A stretch of DNA of 64,000 nt from contig NC_086097.1 in NCBI RefSeq assembly GCF_963921235.1, forward strand, positions 59,460,001 through 59,524,000. The letters run 5' to 3'. Under the pieces are notes generated by a model. The model did no database searches. It had not been told where the DNA came from and saw nothing but the letters and a program-made list of their open reading frames with translations. The first letter of the stretch is position 1. Every line of letters begins with the position of its first letter. The position numbers were made by a program, and so were the translations under genes. Of this stretch, positions 12,303 through 23,100 are shown piece by piece. The stretch is from Mobula hypostoma. Taxonomy: Eukaryota.

Positions 12303-12850
12303 CAGTGCTTTGTAAAAGTATTCATCTCCTAGCCATTTGCTAATATAAACGTGTATTGCAACCAGGGATTTCGATAAATTTAACTGAGAAGTTTCATTTA
12401 TGAATCGCCTGCTCTTTTTTTTTTCACAGTAGGGTCCAAAAGACAGGGAAAATTGTAAGGCATGAAAAGCTAAATATTCAAAAGCTGAAAAGACAACATT
12501 TCAAAAGTAATCATCCTCCTTTGTTCAATACTTCATTGCACCACCTTTCATAGCTATAACAATCATTCATCCATTTGGATATGTCTCTATTAGCTTTGCA
12601 CAACATGATGGAGTATGGTATGCCCATTCCTGCTTGCTAAATCGCTCAAGCTGTGCCAGGTTAGTTGGGGAGCTGTGTTTGCCAATAATCTTGACATCTT
12701 GCCAGAGTTGTTTAATTGGGTTAAGGCCAGGACTGACTGGGCCACTCAAGGATATCAAGTTTCTTCATTTGAAGCTATCATGATTGTTTTGGCAATGTGC
12801 TTTGGGTCAATTACCCTGCTGAAAAAAAGCATCTCCATAACTTGTTTTTA
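12303..12850 (-). mobile_element. Tc1 transposon 3' part (transposase C-terminus plus TIR)
   Basis: TA+cagtgctttgtaaaagtattca TIR at 12301. Minus-strand SPGLNPIKQLWQDVK..NLAQLERFSKQEW..CAKLIETYP (SPDLNPIE motif). Confidence 0.85.
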
Positions 12851-12879
12851 GTGTTGTAGTGGTACCCTACATGTACCGC

Positions 12880-13252
12880 TAGAAAAAAAAGCTTCTCCTC
12901 GCCCATAAAGACTTCGCAGAGAATCACTTAGAAGATACTGTAATAATGTGGAAGAAATTTTTGTGGTTAGATTAGACTAAAGTGGAAATTTTTGGCCTCA
13001 ACACTAAATGGTACACGTGGCATAAATCTAATACTATGCATCAACTAGGTAACTGCACCCCCACAGTAAAGTATGGTGAAGGTAGCATCATGCTATGGAG
13101 ATGCTTATCAGCAGCAGGAACTGGGAATCTAGTCAGGTTTGACGGGAAGATGAATGCTGCCAACTACAGAGAGATCCTGGATAAAGACCTGCTAGAGTCT
13201 GACAGAAAGATTAAACTGAGGAGGAAGTTCATCTTTCAGCAGGACAACAATG
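12880..13252 (+). pseudogene. Tc1 transposase DDE-domain fragment
   Basis: WKKFLWLD*TKVEIFG..PTVKYGEGSIMLWRC..GTGNLVRFDGKMNAANYREIL..FIFQQDN. Confidence 0.9.
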
Positions 13253-13699
13253 GCCTTTAAGAGTACCTAGTATCTCCCTTGCCAACCTTTTGGTTGTTTA
13301 TATAAATGAAGATCACCCTTAGCCCTGCTTGTCAAATCCACCTCTTACCCTCTTTTTGCGTCCGTGATTTGTCAATTGTTCTTTTGCCTTTAAATAGATT
13401 TGCTCACTCAGCCCCAGCTAGATCCTGCCTAAGCTTCCCTGCCGCAGATCAGGACCTTAATCTATGGAGCTGTTCCATCTTTTTCCCCAGTACTATTTTA
13501 AAATGAATACAATTGTGGTCACTGGAAGCAATGTACTTCCCATCTGCCATTTCAGAGATGCTGTGATCTGTAGTGAATCTCTTAACGGTGCTGTCTTACT
13601 GCTAGAGTGACCCAGATTTGATGTTGAAGTTGATGCTGTCCATGTGGAATTTTCTACAACCAAGTTGGTTTCCCTCAGATGCACTGGTTTCCCCTCATA

Positions 13700-14125
13700 T
13701 CTCGATGAGGTTTTAGTTGGTAGGCTAACTGGCAACTGTAACTACCCTCAGCTGTGGTTGACAGCTCATCTAGGAGAAGGAAAACTCTGACCTCAAAGCT
13801 CTGCTGCTTTGTAGCTAGGCCCACACATGAGGCAGGCTTTGGGAGTAAACCCTGTGGAAAATCCGGAGCTGGAGTCCCAAAGGCAATCCGACATTGAGTC
13901 CAATTCTGACTGGCAATGCCAATGATGCTGCTGGTGCCGAACAGCATCGGTCTCTGATGTTCCTTTGGATTCATCAGCTGCATGGAGAGGGTAAGCCTGC
14001 TACACAGGCGACAGGTTGCTCTTTACACTATATTGTACTGCTGTAGCTTGTGTAGTGGCTTGCGTATCATGTAGATAGCTGGGATGCAACATCCACAGTT
14101 GGCCCCGTGCAACAGAGGTCCTCAA
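13700..14125 (+). mobile_element. RTE-type 5'-UTR-derived non-coding element
   Basis: Contains gacagctcatctaggagaaggaaaactctga and gggagtaaaccctg, motifs I associate with RTE LINE 5' UTRs. Boundaries approximate. Confidence 0.5.
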
Positions 14126-14646
14126 TAACTTGCCCAAGTGTAGGTGCCTGATGAGAGAATCAATGGAATATTGACTGACATCAGCAGGGATTGCTCTTAG
14201 GGTTGATATTGGCTTGATAGGCTGAGTGGCCTTCTATGTTGCAAGGAAATATAATATTGTTGACAATTTTTGGTGAGGTCGGCCTGACACTGGAAGTAAA
14301 ACCTCAGTTCTCGATAACACTGAGAGCTATAAATTGTTCTTATTTACAATCAGCTGAATTGTACTTATATTCAGCACAGGAATACTGTAGGCTTATAGCT
14401 GGTTAAACCTGAACAGTATGACGACTCAATCCTGGACAGTTCCTAACATTTTCTCGCATCCAGGCCTCAACATTTATGATTTTAGCAAGGAGAGGAAGAG
14501 TGAGATGGGGAGGTAGAATTGTGAGTGATACAAAGTGATAATAAATCCTAAGGAAAAGAGAGGAATGAGTCTTAGAACATAGAACATAGAACATAGAATA
14601 GTACAGCACAGTACAGGCCCTTCGGCCCACAATGTTGTGCTGACCC

Positions 14647-17510
14647 TCAAACCATGCCTCCCATATAACCCCCCATTTTAAATTCCTCCATACACCTGTC
14701 TAGTAGTCTCTTAAACTTCACGAGTGTATCTGCCTCCACCACTGACTCAGGCAGTGCATTCCACGCACCAACCAATCTCTGAGTAAAAAACCTTCCTCTA
14801 ATATCCCCCTTGAACTTCCCACCCCTGACCTTAAAGCCATGTCCTCTTGTATTGAGCTGTGCTGCCCTGCGGAAGAGGTGCTGGCTATCCACTCTAGCTA
14901 TTCCTCTTATTATCTTGTTCACCTCTATCATGTCTCCTCTCATCCTCCTTCTCTCCAAAGAGTAAAGCCCTAGCTCCCTTAATCTCTGATCATAATGCAT
15001 ACTTTCTAAACCAGGCAGCATCCTGGTAAATCTCCTCTGTACTCTTTCCAATGCTTCCACATCCTTCTTATAGTGAGGTGACTAGAACTGGACACAGTAC
15101 TCCAAGTATGGCCTAACCAGAGTTTTATAGAGCTGCATCATTACATCGCGACTCTTAAACTCTATCCCTCAACTTATGAAAGCTAACACCCCATAAGCTT
15201 TCTTAACTACCCTATCCACCTGTGAGGCAACTTTCAGGGATCTGTGGACATGTACCCCCAGATCCCTCTGCTCCTCCACACTACCAAGTATCCTGCCATT
15301 TACTTTATACTCTGCCTTGGAGTTTGTCCTTCCAAAGTGTACCACCTCACACTTCTCCGGTTTGAACTCCATCCGCCACTTCTCAGCCCACTCCTGCATC
15401 CTATCAATGTCTCTCTGCAATCTTTGACAATCCTCTACACTATCTACAACACCACCAACTTTTGTGTCGTCTGCAAACTTGCCAACCCACCCTTCTACCC
15501 CACATCCAGGTCGTTAATAAAAATCACGAAATGTAGAGGTCCCAGAACAGATCCTTGTGGGACACCACTAGTCACAATCCTCCAATCTGAATGTATTCCC
15601 TCCAACACCACCCTCTGCCTTCTGCAGGCAAGCCAATTCTGAATCCACCTGGCCAAACTTCCCTGGATCCCATGCCTTCTAACTTTCTGAATAAGCCTAC
15701 TGTGTGGAACCTTGTCAAATGCCTTACTAAAATCCATTTAGATCACATCCACTGCACTACCCTCATCTATATGCCTGGTCACCTCCTCAAAGAATTCTAT
15801 CAGGCTTGTTAGACATGATCTGCCCTTCACAAAGCCATGTTGACTGTCCCTGATCATCTAAATGCCTATAGATCCTATCTCTAAGAATCTTTTCCAACAG
15901 CTTTCCCACCACAGACGTAAGGCGCACTGGTCTTTAATTACCCGAACTATCCCTACTACCTTTTTTGAACAAGGGGACAACATTCGCCTCCCTCCAATCC
16001 TCTGGTACCATTCCCGTGGACAACGAGGACATAAAGATCCTAGCCAGAGGCTCAGCAATCTCTTCTCTCGCTTCGTGGAGCAGCCTAGGGAATATTCTAT
16101 CAGGCCCCGGGGACTTATTTGTCCTAATGTATTTTAACAACTCCAACACATCCTCTCCCTTAATATCAACATGCTCCAGAACATCAACCTCATTCATAAT
16201 GTCCTCACCATCATCAAGTTCCCTCTCGTTGGTGAATACCGAAGAGAAGTATTCATTGAGGGCCTCACTCACTTCCACAGCCTCCAGGCACATCTTCCCA
16301 CCTTTATCTCTAATCGGTCCTACCTTCACTCCTGTCATCCTTTTTTTCTTCACATAATTGAAGAATGCCTTGAGGTTTTCCTTTACCCTACTCGCCAAGG
16401 CCTTCTCATGCCCCCTTCTTGCTCTTCTCAGCCCCTTCTTAAGCTCCTTTCTTGCTTCCCTATATTCCTCAATAGACCCACCTGATCCTTGCTTCCTAAA
16501 CCTCAGGTATGCTGCCTTCTTCCACCTGACTAGATTTTCCACCTCACTTGTCACCTATGGTTCCTTCACCCTACCATTCTTTACCTTCCTCACCAGGACA
16601 AATTTATCCCTAACATCCCACAAGAGATCTCGAAACATTGACCACATGTCCATAGTACATTTCCCTGCAAAAACATCATCCCAATTCACACCCACAAGTT
16701 CTAGCCTTATAGCCTCATAATTTGCCTTTCCCCAATTAAAAATTTTCCTGCCCTCTCTGATTCTATCCTTTTCCATGATAATGCTAAAGGCCAGGGAGCG
16801 GTGGTCACTGTTCCCCAGATGCTCACCCACTGAGAGATCTGTGACCTGACCTGGTTCATTACCTAGTACTAGATCTAGTATGGCATTCCCCTGGTCGGCC
16901 TGTCCACATACTGTGACAGGAATCCGTCCTGAACACACTTAACAAACTCTGCCCCATCTAAACCCGTGGAACTAATCAGGTGCCAATCAATATTAGGGAA
17001 GTTAAAGTCACCCATGATAACAACCCTGTTATTTTTGTACCTTTCCAAAATCTGCCTTCCAATCTGCTCCTCTGTTGCTACCAGGTGGCTTATAGAATAC
17101 CCCCAACAGAGTAACTGCTCTCTTCCTGTTCCTGACTTCCACCCATATTGACTCAAAAGAGGATCTTGCTACATTACCCACCCTTTCTGCAGCTGTAATA
17201 TTATCCCTGACCAGTAATGCCACCCCCCTCTATCCCTCCCTCTATCCCTTTTAAAGCACTGAAATCCAGGAGTATTGAGAATCCATTCCTGCCCTGGTGC
17301 CAGCCAAGTCTCTGTAATGGCCACGACATCATAATTCCATGTGTGTATCCAAGCTCTTAGTTCATCACCTTTGTTCCTGATGCTTCTTGCACTGAGGTAC
17401 ACACATTTCAGCCCTTCTACCTTACCGTCTTTACACCGTTTATTCTGCTTCTCTTTCCTCAAAGCCTCTCTGTATGTTAGATCTGGCTTTACTCCATGCA
17501 CTTCTTTCAC
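14647..17510 (-). pseudogene. CR1 ORF2 (APE endonuclease-reverse transcriptase), disrupted
   Basis: [57 protein letters not shown], split across about 8 ORFs by stops, frameshifts and small deletions. Confidence 0.95.
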
Positions 17511-17545
17511 TGCTCTATTGCTCTGGGTCCCATCCCCCTCGTGAA

Positions 17546-18487
17546 TTAGTTTAAACTCTCCCGAACCATGCTAGCAAACCTACCCACAAGGATATTGCTC
17601 CCCCTCGAGTTCAGGTGCAACCCATCCAATCTGTACAGGTCCCACCTTCCCCAGAAGAGATCCCAATGATCTAAAAATTTAAAACCCTGCTCCCTGCACC
17701 AACCCCTCAGCCACGCATTCAACTGCCATCTCCTCCAATTCTTATCATCACTATCACGTAGCACTGGCAGCAATCCTGAGAACGCCACCCTTGAGGTCCT
17801 GTTCTTCAGCCTTCTGCCTAGTTCCCGAAACTCACACTTCAGGACCTCATCCCTCCGCCTGCCTATGTCGTTGGTTCCAACATGTATCACGACTTCTGGT
17901 TGCTTTCCCTCTCGTACCAGGATGTCGTGCACCCGGTCAGAGACATCCCGGACCCTGGCACCCGGGAGGCAACAAACCATGCGGGTGTCCTTCTCACGTC
18001 CACAAAATCTCCTGTCTGCTCCCCTGACTATAGAGTCTCCAATGATGACAGCTCTCCTCTTCTCTGTCCCACCCTTCTGCACCACAGGGTCGGACTCAGT
18101 GCTGGAGGCCCTGCCACTGTGGCTCACACCTGGTCGGTCGTCCACGCCAACAGTATCCAGGACGGTAAACTTATTATTCTGGGGAATGGCTACAGGGGTG
18201 CTCTGCACTACCTGTCGGCTCACCTTCACTTTCCCTCCTCTGACTGTCACCCAACGACCTGCTTCCGACAGCCTAGGTGTGACTACCTCCCTGTAGCTCT
18301 CATCTATGACTGCCTCATTCTCCCTTATGAGTCGAAGGTCATCCAGCTGCTGCTCCAGATTCCTTACACGGTCTTCCAGGTTGCCCAGCCATATGCATTT
18401 CTGGCAGATGTGATTCTGCAGGAGAGGGGCGTTCCCCGAAGACTGCCACATCTCACATGAGAGGCACATCACCGTCTCAGGAGACAT
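17546..18487 (-). CDS. CR1 ORF1p (zinc finger/leucine zipper plus SGNH esterase), open frame
   Basis: ATG at 18487 (MSPETVMCLSC..CQKC), coiled coil LEDRVRNLEQQLDDL, SGNH blocks GDSIVRG, HVGTND, DGLHLN. No internal stops. Confidence 0.9.
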   Translation of the reverse strand: MSPETVMCLSCEMWQSSGNAPLLQNHICQKCIWLGNLEDRVRNLEQQLDDLRLIRENEAVIDESYREVVTPRLSEAGRWVTVRGGKVKVSRQVVQSTPVAIPQNNKFTVLDTVGVDDRPGVSHSGRASSTESDPVVQKGGTEKRRAVIIGDSIVRGADRRFCGREKDTRMVCCLPGARVRDVSDRVHDILVREGKQPEVVIHVGTNDIGRRRDEVLKCEFRELGRRLKNRTSRVAFSGLLPVLRDSDDKNWRRWQLNAWLRGWCREQGFKFLDHWDLFWGRWDLYRLDGLHLNSRGSNILVGRFASMVRESLN

Positions 18488-19601
18488 TGTAAAAACTAAC
18501 TGCGAGCTAGCTTGTCCTCCGCCTCTTCTCATCGAAGCCTCTCGAGTCAAAGCCTCAAAGCTCCATTCCTTCACTGGCCCACTCACGCTCTGGCCACTTT
18601 CCACTGGCCGTTTCGCTTGAGCTATCCCTCTATTTATCTGTTTGAGCTTTTCAAAATGTTTGGTCACCTGACCTTGACTGCCCAATCAGCTGCTTTCTGC
18701 TGAGTCTGAGCTATTCAAATCTTGAAGGTCTAATCAACGGCTTACTGCTGATCTATTCAAATCTTGATTGATTTGATTGCACAGAACAACTGCCAAAACT
18801 GCCAGAATCTCTCGAGTCAAAGCCTCAGAGCTCCTCTCCTTCACTGGCCCACTCACTCACTGGCCGCTTTCTTAGGTTGCAGAGAAGTTGCAATTCACCA
18901 AAGCTGGATTTATCATTGAAACAAATGCGTGACAGTTGCTGCCAAAAATGTGGAAGGACAAATGCCAGTTCCAGACTTAATGTAGTAAGCATCTCACACT
19001 ACCACCATCAAATACCTGAGAATCGTGACTGAATAATGAAAGTATTTTTAAACTCCTTTTAAAAAGTGAGTTTAGTGAAATACAAAAGGAAGTTATGTTA
19101 ATATTGGCAACGATTGCTACTCTGTGGAGAGACTGGCATTTCCTGAAGCAGCAGAATTATTGTACTAATTTTGACTTTTGAAAGGAAAAGTGGAGGCACG
19201 CACCATAGATTATACATGAAATATTAGTTTCCATTTCCCTTGTGATATGTAACAATTCAGTTGTTTCCTGCACAGCTGAAATGTAGAGATGAGGCATTTT
19301 TGAGGGAGATCAAGCATAGACTTAAAAAAAATGAAGTGATGTTTATTTTCAAAATTTGATTGAATAAACTACCACAATTCCAATGAGTTTTTAATAGTTT
19401 CCCAAAAAATTCTCATTAAATAAATTGTGCATAAAAATCATGACATTTACATTCCTGTCATTTATTCCCCTTTGGTGAAAGTGACTGTTCACATTGAATT
19501 GCAGAAATCTAATTATGCTGCACATTGTAACAAACATATTACTAAATTACAGAACTGAGATCATGGAGTAATTTAATATATTATATCATAATATATATAA
19601 T

Positions 19602-19603
<2 letters not shown>

Positions 19604-19639
<36 letters not shown>
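19604..19639. repeat. (CA)n microsatellite
   Basis: About 18 AC units. Confidence 0.98.
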
Positions 19640-19641
<2 letters not shown>

Positions 19642-20126
19642 ATCGATACTGTACAAACATGCATACACCAGCGTACCATCTCTGCCAGCCCCTGAAAATT
19701 ACAATAATTTTCAATATGGGATAATAAAAATTTCAAACACAAATAGAGAACAAATTCAACATTAATTATCAAAATGCAGTTTTAAATTAATGTTATAGAG
19801 CCTGCCAATGGTTATACTTATATCTGCACTAAATTCTATAATATACAGTGCATCAAAATAATTCCATTGTTTGTGAAGAGCTGAAGTATGCACAGTAAAT
19901 TGGAATTATGTGGACATAGACCACACTGCCATTATTAGAAGTTCATGGGATAAGCTGTGATTATCCATAAAGTAAGTAATGTCACTAGAAAGTGAGACAT
20001 TACACCAAAAAAACACTTACAGATAAAAAGCAGTCTTCAAAATGTGAACTGATATTTTTGAAGTAGCATTGGTAAATATTCCAAGTGCACTGAAAAGCTC
20101 TAGCTCTAATTTTAACATTGATAGAA

Positions 20127-23100
20127 GGAGATGGTGGTGGATGCGTGTGCTGGGGATGGGGGTGGAGGGATGTGCTGGGGATGGTGGTGGAGGGGTGTGC
20201 TGGGGATGGGGGTGGAGGGATGTGCTGGGGATGGGGGTGGAGGGATTTGCTGGGGATGGTGGTGGATGCGTGTGCTGGGGATTGGGGTGGAGGAACGTGC
20301 TGGGGATGGGGATGGAGGGGTGTGCTGGGGATAGGGGTGGAGGGATGTGCTGGGGATGGTGGTGGAGGTGTGTGCTGGGGATGGGGGTGGAGGGATGTGC
20401 TGGGGATGGTGGAGGAGGGGTGTGCTGGGGATGGTGGTGGAGGGATGTGCTGGGGATGGGGGTGGAGGGGTGTGCTGGGGATGGGGGCGGAGGGGTGTGC
20501 TGGGGATGGTGGTGGAGGGATGTGCTGGGGATGGGGGTGGAGGTGTGTGCTGCGGATGGTGGTGGAGGGGTGTGCTGGGGATGGTGGTGGAGGGATGTGC
20601 TGGGGATGGGGGTGGAGGGGTGTGCTGGGGATGGGGGTGGAGGGGTGTGCTGGGGACGCGGGTGGAGGGGTGAGCTGGGGATGGTGGTGGAGGTGTGAGC
20701 TGGGGATGGTGGTGGAGGGGCGTGCAGGGGGTGGGGGTGGATGGGTGTGCTGGGGATGGGGGTGGAGGGATGTGCTGGGGGTGGGGGTGGAGGGGTGTGC
20801 TGGGATGGGGGTGGAGGGATGTGCTGGGGATGGGGGTGGAGGGATGTGCTGGGGATGGGGGTGGAGGGATGTGCTGGGGATGGGGGTGGAGGGATTTGCT
20901 GGGGATGGTGGTGGATGCGTGTGCTGGGGATTGGGGTGGAGGAACGTGCTGGGGATGGGGATGGAGGGGTGTGCTGGGGATAGGGGTGGAGGGATGTGCT
21001 GGGGATGGTGGTGGAGGTGTGTGCTGGGGATGGGGGTGGAGGGATGTGCTGGGGATGGTGGAGGAGGGGTGTGCTGGGGATGGTGGTGGAGGGATGTGCT
21101 GGGGATGGGGGTGGAGGGGTGTGCTGGGGATGGGGGTGGAGGGGTGTGCTGGGGATGGTGGTGGAGGGATGTGCTGGGGATGGGGGTGGAGGTGTGTGCT
21201 GTGGATGGTGGTGGAGGGGTGTGCTGGGGATGGTGGTGGAGGGATGTGCTGGGGATGGGGGTGGAGGGGTGTGCTGGGGATGGGGGTGGAGGGGTGTGCT
21301 GGGGATGGGGGTGGAGGGGTGTGCTGGGGATGCGGGTGGAGGGGTGAGCTGGGGATGGTGGTGGAGGTGTGAGCTGGGGATGGTGGTGGAGGGGCGTGCA
21401 GGGGGTGGGGGTGGAGGGGTGTGCTGGGGATGGGGGTGGAGGGATGTGCTGGGGGTGGGGGTGGAGGGGTGTGCTGGGGATGGGGGTGGAGGGATGTGCT
21501 GGGGATGGGGGTGGAGGGCTGTGCTGGGGATGGGGGTGGAGGGGCGTGCTGGGGATGGTGGTAGAGGGGTGTGCTGGGGATGGTGGTGGAGGTGTGTGCT
21601 GGGGATGGGGGTGGAGGGGTGTGCTGGGGATGGGGGTGGAGGGGTGTGCTGTGGATGGTGGTGGAGGGGCGTGCTGGGGATGGTGGTGGAGGTGTGTGCT
21701 GTGGATGGTGGTGGAGGGGAGTGCTGGGGATGGGGGTGGAGGGGCGTGCTGGGGATGGGGGTGGGGGTGTGTGCTGGGGGTGGGGGTGGAGGGGTGTGCT
21801 GGGGATGGTGGTGGATGCGCGTGCTGGGGATGCGGGTGGAGGGGCGTGCTGGGGATGGGGGTGGAGGGGTGTGCTGGGGATGGGGATGGAGGGGTGTGCT
21901 GGGGATGGTGGTGGAGGGGCGTGCTGGGGATGGGGGTGGAGGGGTGTGCTGGGGATGGTGGTGGATGCGTGTGCTGGGGATGGGGGTGGAGGGGCGTGCT
22001 GAGGATGGGGGTGGAGGGGTGTGCTGGGGATGGGGGTGGAGGGATGTGCTGGGGATGGGGGTGGAGGGGTGTGCTGGGGATGGGGGTGGAGGGCTGTGCT
22101 GGGGATGGGGGTGGAGGGGTGTGCTGGGGATGGTGGTGGAGGGATGTGCTGGGGATGGGGGTGGAGGTGTGTGCTGGGGATGGTGGTGGAGGGGTGTGCT
22201 GGGGATGGTGGTGGAGGGATGTGCTGGGGATGGGGGTGGAGGGGTGTGCTGGGGATGGGGGTGGAGGGGTGTGCTGGGGACGCGGGTGGAGGGGTGAGCT
22301 GGGGATGGTGGTGGAGGTGTGAGCTGGGGATGGTGGTGGAGGGGCGTGCAGGGGGTGGGGGTGGAGGGGTGTGCTGGGGATGGGGGTGGAGGGATGTGCT
22401 GGGGATGGGGGTGGAGGGGTGTGCTGGGGATGGGGGTGGAGGGATGTGCTGGGGATGGAGGTGGAGGGATGTGCTGGGGATGGGGGTGGAGGGGTGTGCT
22501 GGGGATGGGGGTGGAGGGATGTGCTGGGGATGGGGGTGGAGGGATTTGCTGGGGATGGTGGTGGATGCGTGTGCTGGGGATTGGGGTGGAGGAACGTGCT
22601 GGGGATGGGGATGGAGGGGTGTGCTGGGGATGGGGGTGGAGGGGTGTGCTGGGGATGGTGGTGGAGGGGTGTGCTGGGGATGGTGGTGGAGGGATGTGCT
22701 GGGGATGGGGGTGGAGGGGTGTGCTGGGGATGGGGGTGGAGGGGTGTGCTGGGGATGGTGGTGGAGGGATGTGCTGGGGATGGGGGTGGAGGTGTGTGCT
22801 GCGGATGGTGGTGGAGGGGTGTGCTGGGGATGGTGGTGGAGGGATGTGCTGGGGATGGGGGTGGAGGGGTGTGCTGGGGATGGGGGTGGAGGGGTGTGCT
22901 GGGGATGGTGGTGGAGGGGTGTGCTGGGGATGCGGGTGGAGGGGTGAGCTGGGGATGGTGGTGGAGGTGTGAGCAGGGGCGTGCAGGGGGTGGGGGTGGA
23001 GGGGTGTGCTGGGGATGGGGGTGGAGGGATGTGCTGGGGGTGGGGGTGGAGGGGTGTGCTGGGGATGGGGGTGGAGGGCTGTGCTGGGGATGGGGGTGGA

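Larger units (their letters stand above)
14572..18870 (-). mobile_element. Near-full-length CR1 LINE
   Basis: (tagaaca)n tail at 14572-14597, ORF2 fragments with APE and RT motifs, an esterase ORF1, and a 5' UTR with a duplicated ~60-bp block. Confidence 0.95.
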
